64,000 bases of DNA from Pseudomonadota bacterium. GTDB lineage: Bacteria > Pseudomonadota > Gammaproteobacteria > Pseudomonadales > Moraxellaceae. Positions 10,948-21,426 of this stretch are shown in pieces; position 1 is the first letter of the stretch, and every line of letters begins with the position of its first letter. The stretch lies in the NCBI GenBank assembly GCA_021851865.1, contig JAJZBU010000011.1, forward strand, positions 1,631 through 65,630. The letters are read 5' to 3'. Both the position numbers and the translations under genes were made by a program. The notes beneath the pieces are model-generated. The model ran no database searches and was not told where the DNA came from. It saw only the letters and a program-made list of their open reading frames with translations.

Positions 10948-11745
10948 CTAGAGCAGCAGCATGGTGAGCAGGGTGCGGCGGAGCTCTTCGGCGACGAAGG
11001 GTTTGTCGCAGATGGCGGAAACACCGGCCTGCTGCACGGCGGCGAGGCGAGCTTGGTCGTTTTCACTGGTGATCATCAGGATGGGGATGGCGCGCCCCTC
11101 GTCCTGGCGCAGATGCCGCACCAGCTGCTCGCCATCCATGGCCGGCATGTTGAGGTCGGTGACGATCAGGTCAAACTCATGCGCTTGCAGGTGTGCCAGC
11201 GCGTCCTGACCATTTTCAGCTTCGCTGAAGTGCTCCATACCCATATCGGCCAACAAGCGGCGCGTATGTTTGCGCGCCAGATAGCTGTCGTCGACGATGA
11301 GAACGTGCAGATCGGCGATGTCGAGACTGTCGTGCAGTTCCAGGCTTTGCGGATGGATCTGTTGCATGGCGTGCTCAATCGCCATCTTGAATTCATCGGC
11401 GGTGAATGGCTTGGCTAAAATGGCGGTCACCCCCGCTTGACGCAGCGGATCGAGGCGCTCGAAACGAGTCTCCGATGAGAGCAGGATGAAAGGCGTGGTA
11501 GCGAGCTCGGGGGTGGTGCGCAAGTGGGTGAGCAACACATCGGAACTCATGTCATCGAGATAGAGGGCGCTGATCACGATGTCGGGTTGCAGTCGGCTCA
11601 TGGACTGCAGGGCAGCTTCACCATGGTCCATGAAATCGATCTGAGTGATGCCGAGCTCATGGCTGTAGCGGCTGACTAAGTTGCGGATGGTCAATGACGG
11701 CTCGAGAACGAGCAAGACGAGATCGTTGTAGGGGTGGTGTGGCAT
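10948..11745 (-). CDS. Stand-alone tandem receiver (REC-REC) response-regulator protein with no output domain; the first REC is degenerate
   Basis: Two CheY-like domains. REC2 has DD (IVDDS), the phospho-Asp (LIVTDLNMP), T (MITSE) and K (DKPF). REC1 has EP in place of DD and Ala in place of the phospho-Asp (VISALYLDD), but keeps S and K (LAKPF). ATG 11745 is preferred over 11790 because a GGAGAG Shine-Dalgarno lies 7 nt upstream. Confidence 0.85.
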   Translation of the reverse strand: MPHHPYNDLVLLVLEPSLTIRNLVSRYSHELGITQIDFMDHGEAALQSMSRLQPDIVISALYLDDMSSDVLLTHLRTTPELATTPFILLSSETRFERLDPLRQAGVTAILAKPFTADEFKMAIEHAMQQIHPQSLELHDSLDIADLHVLIVDDSYLARKHTRRLLADMGMEHFSEAENGQDALAHLQAHEFDLIVTDLNMPAMDGEQLVRHLRQDEGRAIPILMITSENDQARLAAVQQAGVSAICDKPFVAEELRRTLLTMLLL

Positions 11746-11767
11746 GGGTGGACTCTCCGCGAATGCC

Positions 11768-12661
11768 TCAGTATAGGCGGAATTCATCATCTTTCATGGT
11801 CGCCGCCAGAGCTTGTGCGCCGGCGTGAGCTTTGGCAAATTGCCAGGCGCTGCGACCGGAGCGGCTGCCACGCGCCAGGGCGAAGCGCAGAGCCTCGCGC
11901 TGGCTCGCCTCATCCCAGTGACCGCCGAGACGTTGCAGCCAGTGTCGCGCCGAAGCCAGATAGACGTCCTGATTCTGGGGATAGAAGGTCAGCAACAGAC
12001 CGAAGCGATCAGAGAGCGAGATTTTTTCCTCAACACTGTCGGCGGGGCGTACTTCGCCGTCCTCATGGCGGGTGTCCAGGTTGTCGCGCATGCGTTCGCT
12101 GACCAGGTGGCGGCGGTTGCTGGTGGCGTAAATCAGGACGTTGGCGGGAGGGCTGTGCAAGGAACCATCGAGAGCCACTTTGAGCGCGCGATAGGCGTGG
12201 TCGTGCTCGGCGAAGGACAGATCATCGCAGAAGACGATGAAGCGCTCCGGCCGCGCTTCCAGAAGCGGCGTGATTTGCCAGAGATCGGCGAGATCAGCCT
12301 TGTCGACTTCGACGATGCGTAGACCTTCGGCGTGATAGGCCTTGAGCAGGGCGCGCAGCAGTGAAGATTTGCCGGTGCCGCGCGCGCCGGTGAGCAAGAC
12401 ATTGTTGGCGGGCAGGCCGGCGAGGAACTGGCGGGTATTTTGCACCAGGGCGGCTTTTTGTGTATCGATTCCCTGCAGATCCTCAAGATCGACGTCATCG
12501 GCGGGATGGAGCGCGCGCAGATGGCCGCCGCCGGCGCGGGTCGCCACCCAGGCATAGGCCGGAGTCGACCCATCGAGGACGGGTACAGCGCCACCGGCGA
12601 TGCGTTCGAGAGCTGCGCTCATGCGTTCGAGTAGAGGGTAGAGTTTGTGCAGATCATTCAC
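11768..12661 (-). CDS. DUF815-family AAA+ ATPase, function unknown
   Basis: Walker A LLTGARGTGKSS and Walker B FIVFCDDLSF. The layout matches DUF815 proteins as I remember them. The GTG start shares GTGA with the upstream gene's stop. Confidence 0.7.
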   Translation of the reverse strand: MNDLHKLYPLLERMSAALERIAGGAVPVLDGSTPAYAWVATRAGGGHLRALHPADDVDLEDLQGIDTQKAALVQNTRQFLAGLPANNVLLTGARGTGKSSLLRALLKAYHAEGLRIVEVDKADLADLWQITPLLEARPERFIVFCDDLSFAEHDHAYRALKVALDGSLHSPPANVLIYATSNRRHLVSERMRDNLDTRHEDGEVRPADSVEEKISLSDRFGLLLTFYPQNQDVYLASARHWLQRLGGHWDEASQREALRFALARGSRSGRSAWQFAKAHAGAQALAATMKDDEFRLY

Positions 12662-14277
12662 GGCGTGAGATCTCGGTAATAGTCGGCGTAGTGCTCACGC
12701 AAGGTGAGCTTGGACAGCTTGCCGGTGGCGGTATGAGGCAGTTCGCTGACCTCGAGGATGGCATCCGGTAGCCACCAGCGCGCCACCTGATTTTGCAGAT
12801 ATTGGCGCAAGCCGGCAATGTCGATCGGTGTCGATTCAGCGATGATCAGCATTAGGGGGCGCTCTTCCCAGCGCGGATGCGCGATGCCGATGACACAGGC
12901 CTCGCGCACACCAGGAAAGCCGAGGGCGGCATTCTCGAGGTCGATGGAGCTGATCCATTCGCCGCCACTTTTGATCAGGTCCTTGGCGCGATCGACGATG
13001 CGCATATAGCCCTGGGCGTCGATGCTGGCGATGTCGCCAGTATCGAACCAGCCATCCTGCACCGCTGGCACATCGGCCTGGCGATAGTAGTGCGCCAGTA
13101 CCCAGGGGCCACGCACTTTCAGATGGCCATAAGCTAGGCCATCGTGCGGCAGGGGTTGCCCATCGGCATGGAAAATCTCCATGTGCAGGCCGAAGACCGC
13201 TCGTCCCTGGCTGAGCTGTCGTTGATAGCGTTCTTCGGCGGGGAGCGCCAGCAGTTCCGGTGTCGGCGTGTTGGTGCTGCCAAGAGGTGACATTTCGGTC
13301 ATGCCCCAGGCGTGCATGACGAAAGCCGAGTGCACCTGATCGAACTCACGGATCATCGCCAGCGGTGCCGCTGAACCACCGATGACGACGCGCCGTAGGG
13401 AGCTGAGTCGCTGCCCTTGCTGGCGCAGATGGGTGAGCAGGCCCATCCATACAGTGGGGACGCCGAGCGCGATATCGCAGCGCTCATTTTCGATCAATTC
13501 GCTCAGCGAGGCGCCATCGAGAGCTGCGCCAGGCAGAACCAGGCGGGCACCCGCCATCAAAGCGGCGTAAGGCACACCCCAGGCGCAGACATGAAACATC
13601 GGCACCACCGGCATCACCACGCTTTCCGGCCCGAGGCCGATGGCATCGGCGCGACAGGCGGCCATCGCGTGCAGCAAAGTCGAGCTGTGCGAGTAGAGCA
13701 CGCCCTTGGGTTGTCCGGTGGTGCCTGAGGTATAACAGAGCGCAGCGGCGGTCTGCGCGTCGAAACGCGGCCAAGTGAAATGGGGTGACTGGCCATTGAG
13801 CAGGCCTTCATAGCAGAGCCAGCGTTCGCCCTTGGGTTTGTCTTCCCAATCACTGAGGGCGATGACGTGCTCAACCTTGGGTAGGCGCGGCAGCATCGCT
13901 TCGACCGCAGTGATGAAGCTGTTGTCGACGAGAAGGATGCGATCCTCGGCGTGCTGCAGGATGTACTCGATCTGATGCGCGAAGAGGCGAGGATTGACGG
14001 TATGGACGATGGCGCCGATGCCGGAGATGGCGTAGTAGGCTTCGAGGTGACGATGGGTGTTCCAGGCCAGGGTGGCGATGCGGTCGCCGGCACGCACGTC
14101 GAGATCGAGCAGGGCGCGCGCCAGTTGCCGGCTGCGCTCGGCGAATGCGTGCAAGTTGTGTCGGACGATGCGACCGTCGAGCCGACGACTGACGATCTGC
14201 TGCTGCGCATGGCTGCGGACGGCGTGCTCAAGCAGATCGCTGATCAACAGATCATTGGGCATCATGAGGCCACGCAT
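12658..14277 (-). CDS. AMP-dependent acyl-CoA synthetase (fatty-acid--CoA ligase family)
   Basis: Adenylate-forming motifs [19 protein letters not shown] and the GKLSK C-terminal lysine region; 539 aa. A GGAG Shine-Dalgarno lies 7 nt upstream of ATG 14277. Confidence 0.85.
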   Translation of the reverse strand: MRGLMMPNDLLISDLLEHAVRSHAQQQIVSRRLDGRIVRHNLHAFAERSRQLARALLDLDVRAGDRIATLAWNTHRHLEAYYAISGIGAIVHTVNPRLFAHQIEYILQHAEDRILLVDNSFITAVEAMLPRLPKVEHVIALSDWEDKPKGERWLCYEGLLNGQSPHFTWPRFDAQTAAALCYTSGTTGQPKGVLYSHSSTLLHAMAACRADAIGLGPESVVMPVVPMFHVCAWGVPYAALMAGARLVLPGAALDGASLSELIENERCDIALGVPTVWMGLLTHLRQQGQRLSSLRRVVIGGSAAPLAMIREFDQVHSAFVMHAWGMTEMSPLGSTNTPTPELLALPAEERYQRQLSQGRAVFGLHMEIFHADGQPLPHDGLAYGHLKVRGPWVLAHYYRQADVPAVQDGWFDTGDIASIDAQGYMRIVDRAKDLIKSGGEWISSIDLENAALGFPGVREACVIGIAHPRWEERPLMLIIAESTPIDIAGLRQYLQNQVARWWLPDAILEVSELPHTATGKLSKLTLREHYADYYRDLTP

Positions 14278-14372
14278 GGCGTTTCTCCGGTTTCATCTTG
14301 TGAGAGGACGAGCCTAAGTGTAGGGTGCATTGGCCCGTCAGCTGCACTAGAATTTAGCCATGGGGGTGCACG

Positions 14373-15116
14373 ATGTATTTCGATCTGTGGCAGACATCTT
14401 GTCAGTGCTGGCGCAGGGCGCCACGCTGGATGGCGGCAGCGACGCTGTGTGGTGTGCTTGAAACCGCCTCGGCGGCAGGCTTTGATGATGGCTTGCAGGC
14501 GTACGAGCGTCAGGACTATCCGCGCGCCATCGCTATTCTGACGCCGCCGGCGGAGGCCGGCAACGCCGATGCGGCAGACCTGCTCGGCGCCAGCTATGAG
14601 GAGGGCAAGGGAGACTTCATCATGGCGGCGCACTGGTATCAGCGGGCTGCCGCTGCCGGTCAGTCCGATGCCATGACGCGTCTCGGCGAGCTCTACGAAG
14701 ATGGCGACGGAGTGCCGCAGGATACGCAGACGGCGATGAACTGGCTGGAGAAGGCCGCCGCCCTGCACGATATCGACGCCGAGACCGATCTTGGTGAATT
14801 ATGGTCCGACGTCCTCGGCGACAACGGCCAAGCGGCGCAATGGTTCAACAAGGCGGCCGAGGCCGGTGACGTTCAGGCGCAGTACCGTCTCGGGTTGCTT
14901 CTGCTCGGTGGCGAGGACGTCGCGCGTGATATCGCGCGCGCCTGGGTCTATCTGACGCTCGCCGGCCACGATATCGACGACGCCGCACAGTCGCGCGACG
15001 TCCTCGAGCTCGAGATGACCCCGGAGGAGTTGCAGCACGCCCGCGGTCTGCTCGCCGATTGGCAAAAGAGCCACGGTCTCAGCCCGGTGCCAGCTTCTCC
15101 TTCAGTAAAGCATTGA
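14373..15116 (+). CDS. Secreted Sel1-repeat (TPR-like) protein
   Basis: Sec-type signal ([23 protein letters not shown]) followed by several Sel1 repeats (A..WY.RAAAAG...A...LG.LYEDG.GVPQD...A..W..KAA). The 3' end overlaps the gatB 3' end by 38 nt. Confidence 0.75.
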   Translation: MYFDLWQTSCQCWRRAPRWMAAATLCGVLETASAAGFDDGLQAYERQDYPRAIAILTPPAEAGNADAADLLGASYEEGKGDFIMAAHWYQRAAAAGQSDAMTRLGELYEDGDGVPQDTQTAMNWLEKAAALHDIDAETDLGELWSDVLGDNGQAAQWFNKAAEAGDVQAQYRLGLLLLGGEDVARDIARAWVYLTLAGHDIDDAAQSRDVLELEMTPEELQHARGLLADWQKSHGLSPVPASPSVKH

Positions 15117-16515
15117 CCTGGGCCGGATTGGCTTTGCCGCGCGAGCGTTTCATCACCTCGCCGACAAAAAAGCCGAACAGCTTGTCCTTGCCGGAGCGAT
15201 AGGCGGCGACGTTGTCGGGGTGGTCGGCGATGACGGCGTCGACCAGGGCGCTGATCAGTCCGGCGTCGCTCTCCTGGCGCAGACCGCGACTATCGATCAG
15301 GGCATCGACATCTTGCCCCTCACCCGACCACAGGGCGCTGAACAGCTGTTTGGCGATCTTGCCGGAGATGGTGCCATCCTGAATGCGTCGGATCAAGTCG
15401 CCGAGCTGTTGTGGCGACACCGGACAGTGCGTGATCTCCATCTCTTCCCGGTTGAGATGGGCGAGCACCTCGCCCATGATCCAGTTGGCGCAGGGCTTGG
15501 CCTGTCCGGCGCTGGCGCGGACCGCGGCCTCGAAGTAATCGGCCAGCTCGCGGCTGGCGACGAGAATGGCAGCGTCGTAGGCGATCAGCCCGTAATCGGC
15601 CATGAAACGTTGTTTCTTCGCCGTCGGCAACTCCGGCAGGCGAGCGCGCTCGTCGGCGAGCATCGCAGCGGTGATGTGCACGGGCAGCAGGTCGGGATCA
15701 GGGAAGTAGCGATAGTCATTGGCTTCTTCCTTGCTGCGCATGGAACGGGTTTCATTGCGCTCGGCGTCGTACAGGCGTGTCTCCTGACGCACCTTGCCGC
15801 CGTCCTCGAGCAGGTCGATCTGGCGCTGGATCTCGTACTGGATCGCTTTTTCGACGAACTTGAAGGAATTGACGTTCTTGATTTCGCAGCGTGTACCGAG
15901 CTCTTCGCCCGGGTGGCGCACCGAGACGTTGCAGTCACAGCGCATCGAGCCTTCCGCCATGTTGCCGTCGGAGATGTCGAGATAGCGGATCAGACCATGG
16001 ATGGCGCGCAGATAGGCGACGGCTTCTTGAGCGCTGGCGAGATCGGGGGCGGAGACGATCTCGAGCAAGGGGGTGCCGGCGCGATTGAGATCGATGCCGG
16101 TCATGCCGGCAAAGTCGGTGTGCAGGCTCTTGCCGGCGTCCTCTTCGAGGTGGGCGCGGATGATGCGCACGCGTTTGCTGCCTTCCGGCCCTTCGATGTC
16201 GAGATGGCCGGCGCCGACGATGGGCTCTTCCATCTGCGAGATCTGATACCCCTTCGGGAGATCAGGATAGAAATAGTTCTTGCGCGCGAAGACCGAGCGC
16301 TCGGCGATCTCAGCCTCAATGCCGAGGCCGAAGCGCAAGGCGGCACGGATGGCGGCGGCGTTGACGACGGGCAAGGTGCCGGGCATGCCGAGATCGATCA
16401 GGCTGGCTTGCGAATTGGCGGCGGCGCCAAAGCGTGTCGCGCTGCCAGAAAAAATCTTCGATGCGGTGTTCAGTTGCACATGGACTTCCAGTCCGATGAC
16501 GGCTTCCCAGGTCAT
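15079..16515 (-). CDS. gatB: Asp/Glu-tRNA(Asn/Gln) amidotransferase subunit B
   Basis: N-terminus [17 protein letters not shown] and a GatB/YqeY C-terminal domain. ATG 16515 is preferred (GAGGAG 6 nt upstream) over the TTG at 16533. Confidence 0.95.
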   Translation of the reverse strand: MTWEAVIGLEVHVQLNTASKIFSGSATRFGAAANSQASLIDLGMPGTLPVVNAAAIRAALRFGLGIEAEIAERSVFARKNYFYPDLPKGYQISQMEEPIVGAGHLDIEGPEGSKRVRIIRAHLEEDAGKSLHTDFAGMTGIDLNRAGTPLLEIVSAPDLASAQEAVAYLRAIHGLIRYLDISDGNMAEGSMRCDCNVSVRHPGEELGTRCEIKNVNSFKFVEKAIQYEIQRQIDLLEDGGKVRQETRLYDAERNETRSMRSKEEANDYRYFPDPDLLPVHITAAMLADERARLPELPTAKKQRFMADYGLIAYDAAILVASRELADYFEAAVRASAGQAKPCANWIMGEVLAHLNREEMEITHCPVSPQQLGDLIRRIQDGTISGKIAKQLFSALWSGEGQDVDALIDSRGLRQESDAGLISALVDAVIADHPDNVAAYRSGKDKLFGFFVGEVMKRSRGKANPAQVNALLKEKLAPG

Positions 16516-16525
16516 GCTGGACTCC

Positions 16526-17980
16526 TCAGGCAAAAGATGACGGCATCTGGCGATGCCAGGGACAGGCCTGCTGATAACGATGCGCCACTTGCAGCAGACG
16601 TTCCTCGCTCCAGTAGGGGCCGATCAGTTGCAGTCCGACCGGCAGGCCTTGGTCTTGGCCACAGGGCAGGCTGATCGCCGGAATGCCGGCGAGGTTGACG
16701 GCGATGGTATAGATGTCCGAAAGGTACATCGCCACCGGATCATCCTGTCGCGCTTGCAAGGGAAAGGCGGTACAAGGCGAGGTCGGGCCGGCGATGATGT
16801 CGCATTGCGTGAAGGCGCGGGCAAAGTCCTCAGCGATCAGGCGACGGATCTTCTGCGCCTGCCGGTAATAGGCGTCGTAGTAACCGGCCGAGAGGGCATA
16901 GGTGCCGATCATGATGCGTCGTTGCACCTCAGCGCCGAAGCCTTCGGCGCGACTGCGGCTGTAGAGGTCGAGCAGGTCGGTCGGCTGTTGGCAGCGATGA
17001 CCGTAACGGACGCCGTCGAAACGCGAGAGATTGCTCGAGGCTTCAGCCGGAGCGATGACGTAGTAAGCCGGAACCGACCAATCCATGTGCGGCAGGTCAA
17101 CGTCGACGGTGCGCGCTCCCTGACTGACCAATTCGGCGATGGCGGCATCGACGAGACGGGCGACGGCAGGGTCGAGACCCGGGTTGCGGAAGGCGGTCGG
17201 CAAGCCGATACGCAAGCCCTGCAGCGGCTGCGTCAGCGCCGCTTGATAGTCGGGGACGGGGCGTTCGACGCTGGTCGAATCGCGCGCGTCGTGGCCGGCC
17301 ATGGCTTGCAGCAGCAGAGCGGCGTCGGCGGCGGTCTGGGTCATCGGGCCGGCCTGGTCGAGGCTGGAGGCGAAAGCGATCATGCCCCAGCGTGACACCC
17401 GGCCATAGCTCGGCTTCAAACCGGTCAGCTGACACAGGGCCGCCGGCTGGCGAATGGAGCCGCCGGTGTCGGTACCGGTGGCCGCTGGTGCCAGACGCGC
17501 CGCCACGGCGGCGGCGGAGCCGCCACTCGAGCCGCCAGGAACGCGACTCAGATCCCAGGGATTGCGGACAGGGCCATAAAAGCTGGTCTCGTTCGAGGAG
17601 CCCATGGCGAATTCGTCCATATTCGTCTTGCCGAGCATGACCATGCCGGCGGCCTGCAGTCGTTCCACCACGGCGGCGTCATAGGGCGCGACGAAGTTGT
17701 CGAGCATGCGCGAGGCGCAGCTGGTGCGGACGCCCTGGGTGCAAAAGATGTCTTTGTGCGCCAGGGGCAATCCGGTCAGTGCCGTCGCCTCGCCACGTTG
17801 CCGGCGTTGATCGGCGGCGGCCGCCTGCGCCAGCGCCTGCTCGGCGGTGACACTGATAAAGCTGTTCAGTTGCGGGTCGAGGCGGGCGATGCGGTCAAGA
17901 AAGTGCTGCGTCAGTTCGACGCTACTGTAATGGCCTGCCGCCAGGCCCTGCGATAGCTCGGCGAGCGTGTACTGATGCAT
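16526..17980 (-). CDS. gatA: Asp/Glu-tRNA(Asn/Gln) amidotransferase subunit A
   Basis: Amidase signature [13 protein letters not shown], 484 aa, positioned between gatC and gatB. Confidence 0.95.
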   Translation of the reverse strand: MHQYTLAELSQGLAAGHYSSVELTQHFLDRIARLDPQLNSFISVTAEQALAQAAAADQRRQRGEATALTGLPLAHKDIFCTQGVRTSCASRMLDNFVAPYDAAVVERLQAAGMVMLGKTNMDEFAMGSSNETSFYGPVRNPWDLSRVPGGSSGGSAAAVAARLAPAATGTDTGGSIRQPAALCQLTGLKPSYGRVSRWGMIAFASSLDQAGPMTQTAADAALLLQAMAGHDARDSTSVERPVPDYQAALTQPLQGLRIGLPTAFRNPGLDPAVARLVDAAIAELVSQGARTVDVDLPHMDWSVPAYYVIAPAEASSNLSRFDGVRYGHRCQQPTDLLDLYSRSRAEGFGAEVQRRIMIGTYALSAGYYDAYYRQAQKIRRLIAEDFARAFTQCDIIAGPTSPCTAFPLQARQDDPVAMYLSDIYTIAVNLAGIPAISLPCGQDQGLPVGLQLIGPYWSEERLLQVAHRYQQACPWHRQMPSSFA

Positions 17981-17989
17981 GATGGAGTC

Positions 17990-18277
17990 CTATTCGATGA
18001 CGCGCGGAACGAGGTACAGACCCGCCTCGACGGCGGGGGCGAGGCGTTGATAGAGCTGGTGCTGATCGCTCTCGCTGACCACGTCAGGGCGCAGCGGCTG
18101 GTCGAGGTCGAGGGGGTGGGCCATGGCGGCGACGTCGCGCGTGTCGATCGACTGCAGGCGATCGATCAGTCCGAGAATGGCATTCAGGCTGTGTTCGTGC
18201 TGCGTCAGATCGGCGGTATCTAGGCGCAGGCGGGCGAGATGGGCAACGCGTTTCAGGGTGTCGGCATCAAGAGCCAT
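17990..18277 (-). CDS. gatC: Asp/Glu-tRNA(Asn/Gln) amidotransferase subunit C
   Basis: 95-aa protein directly upstream of gatA with a GatC-like sequence (VAHLARLRL ... RPD). GAGGG Shine-Dalgarno. Confidence 0.9.
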   Translation of the reverse strand: MALDADTLKRVAHLARLRLDTADLTQHEHSLNAILGLIDRLQSIDTRDVAAMAHPLDLDQPLRPDVVSESDQHQLYQRLAPAVEAGLYLVPRVIE

Positions 18278-18298
18278 GCTGTCCCTCGCATATTCGTG

Positions 18299-18326
18299 AA
18301 AAGATGATAGAAAAAAGATGATAGAA
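18299..18326. repeat. Perfect tandem duplication of a 14-nt unit (AAAAGATGATAGAA x2) in the gatC/mreB divergent intergenic region
   Basis: Read directly: 18299-18312 is identical to 18313-18326. On the minus strand each copy carries TATCAT. Confidence 0.9.
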
Positions 18327-18351
18327 GTGGCACCTTATCACAATTGCTGGC

Positions 18352-19495
<1,144 letters not shown>

Positions 19496-19525
19496 GACGA
19501 ACGCTGCCTGGGCGGGAGGGGCTTC

Positions 19526-20374
19526 GTGATGGAAACGGCACTCTTCTCGCGTCGCCGGGAATCGCTGCTGCCCTGGGTGGCAGCGGTGGCCCTCGCTCTG
19601 CTCATGATCCTAGCCGACATCTATTGGCCGCCGATGCAGCGTTTTCGACTGCAGGTGGATCGTCTGCTGCAGCCGGTTTACGCCGTGGTCGAAGTGCCGA
19701 CCATGCTTTCGATCTGGGGGCATGAGGACGCGCTGTCGAGCTCCCAGCTGCGCCGCGATAACGCCATGTTGCGCCAGAGCATGCTGGTGCTACAGGTGCG
19801 CTTGCAGCGTTTCGCCGCCATGGCGGCGGAGAACGCGCGCCTGCGCGGCCTGATGAACACCACCGTGGTCGTCGACGGGCGTGTGCTGCTGACCGAAATC
19901 ATCGGTCTTGATCCTGACCCGTCGCGACGGGTGGTGCTGATCAACAAAGGTCACGATGATCGGGTCTACGTCGGGCAGAGTGTCCTCGACGCCAGCGGCG
20001 TCATGGGACAGGTCATCCAGGTTGGCGCCAACACGTCGCGGGTCATGCTCATCGCCGATGCCCGCGCCGAGGTGCCGGTGATCTTCAATCGCAGTGGCGT
20101 GCGCGCCATCGTCGGCGGCTACGGCTCCCTCGATCGTCTCAACGTCCTCTATGTGCCGCCTTCGGCCGATGTGCGTCCTGGCGACTTGTTGGTGACCTCG
20201 GGTCTGGGACGCGACTATCCTTTTGGTTACCCGGTGGCGAAGGTGGTGCGGGTCAGCCGCAAATCCGGCGGCGATTTTGCCGATGTCCAGGCGGTGCCGG
20301 TAGCAGCGCTCGATCGCAGTTCGCACCTGATTCTCCTGTTCAGTCGTCCGCCGCTGGCGCAAGGGGGGGGCTAG
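19526..20374 (+). CDS. mreC: Rod-shape-determining protein MreC
   Basis: N-terminal TM helix, coiled-coil region (LRRDNAMLRQS ... ENARLRGL), MreC beta-domains; follows mreB. The start is GTG 19526 or ATG 19529, with GGGAGGG upstream. Confidence 0.9.
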   Translation: MMETALFSRRRESLLPWVAAVALALLMILADIYWPPMQRFRLQVDRLLQPVYAVVEVPTMLSIWGHEDALSSSQLRRDNAMLRQSMLVLQVRLQRFAAMAAENARLRGLMNTTVVVDGRVLLTEIIGLDPDPSRRVVLINKGHDDRVYVGQSVLDASGVMGQVIQVGANTSRVMLIADARAEVPVIFNRSGVRAIVGGYGSLDRLNVLYVPPSADVRPGDLLVTSGLGRDYPFGYPVAKVVRVSRKSGGDFADVQAVPVAALDRSSHLILLFSRPPLAQGGG

Positions 20375-20851
20375 ATGCGCGTCAAGCCGACACTCTGGAT
20401 CATGCCCGCCTCGTTTTTCGTCGCTTTGGTGCTGGCTCTTTGGCCCTTGCCCGATCTACTCGCCCTCTGGCGTCCGGATTGGGTCGCCCTGGTGCTACTG
20501 TACTGGGCTTTGGCGCCGGGGCGGGGTCTGGGACCGGTCTTGCCCTGGAGCATCGGGGTACTGGTCGACGTCCAGACGGGCATGCGCCTCGGCTTGCACG
20601 CCCTGGGCTTTTGCTTGATCGTCGCCATGGCGGAGATCATGCATCGGCGCCTCAAGGTCTTTTCCCTCTGGCAGACGGGGATGGCGGTGGCCATACTGCT
20701 CATGGTCCTGCGCTTGGTGGTGTGGCTGGGGTCGTCGCTAGGCACTCATGCCGGAGCGCATGCGATCGACGTGTTGCCGGTGTTCAGTGGCGCCCTGGTC
20801 TGGCCGCTGGTCGTGGTGCTGTTGCGCCAAGTCGAGGGCATGTCGCGATGA
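20375..20851 (+). CDS. mreD: Rod-shape-determining protein MreD
   Basis: 158-aa polytopic membrane protein immediately after mreC (TAGATG junction, same reading frame). Confidence 0.85.
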   Translation: MRVKPTLWIMPASFFVALVLALWPLPDLLALWRPDWVALVLLYWALAPGRGLGPVLPWSIGVLVDVQTGMRLGLHALGFCLIVAMAEIMHRRLKVFSLWQTGMAVAILLMVLRLVVWLGSSLGTHAGAHAIDVLPVFSGALVWPLVVVLLRQVEGMSR

Positions 20852-21426
20852 TCGTCCTGGCTTCGGCGTCGCCGCGTCGACAGGCACTGCTGCAGCCGTA
20901 TCTGCCACAGTTGCAGATCCGCCCGGCCGACATCGATGAGCGGCAGTTGGCCGATGAAGCGGCGCAGGACTACGTGGCGCGCTTAGCCGCCGGCAAAAAC
21001 GCCTGCGTGCGCGCCGGTCTGCCTGCGCATGCCTGGGTCATTGCCGCCGACACCTGTGTCGTCGCCGCCGGCAACATCCTCGGCAAACCGGACGATTTTG
21101 CCCAGGCTTGCGCCATGTGGCAGGCCTTGCAACATGGCTGGCACCAGGTCTGGACCGGCGTCTGTGTGGCGCACGCCGGCGAGGTTCTGCAGACGCAGGT
21201 GATGACCGAAGTACTCTGGTTGCCGATGGACGCCGAAGCGATGCGACGATACTGGGCGAGTGGTGAGCCCCAGGACAAGGCGGGAGCCTACGCCATCCAA
21301 GGTTTGGGCGGGTTGTTTGTGGCAGAGATTCGCGGCAGCTACAGCAATGTCGTCGGCCTGCCGCTGGCGGAGACAGCGCAATTGCTGAAACGATTGGGTC
21401 TGCCCCTTTGGAGTGCGGCGACATGA
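20848..21426 (+). CDS. maf: Maf-family nucleoside triphosphate pyrophosphatase (YhdE-like)
   Basis: LASASPRRQALL N-terminal motif and DKAGAYAIQG motif. ATGA overlap with the mreD stop. The longer upstream extension of this frame is rejected (see noticed_but_rejected). Confidence 0.9.
   Translation: MIVLASASPRRQALLQPYLPQLQIRPADIDERQLADEAAQDYVARLAAGKNACVRAGLPAHAWVIAADTCVVAAGNILGKPDDFAQACAMWQALQHGWHQVWTGVCVAHAGEVLQTQVMTEVLWLPMDAEAMRRYWASGEPQDKAGAYAIQGLGGLFVAEIRGSYSNVVGLPLAETAQLLKRLGLPLWSAAT

Noticed and set aside
20440-20847. The maf reading frame stays open 408 nt upstream (328-aa ORF 20440-21426) and fully overlaps mreD.
   Set aside because: The extension is Arg/Gly/Ala-rich with no Maf similarity. 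Conserved Maf sequence begins at MIVLASASPRR (ATG 20848), which forms an ATGA overlap with the mreD stop.
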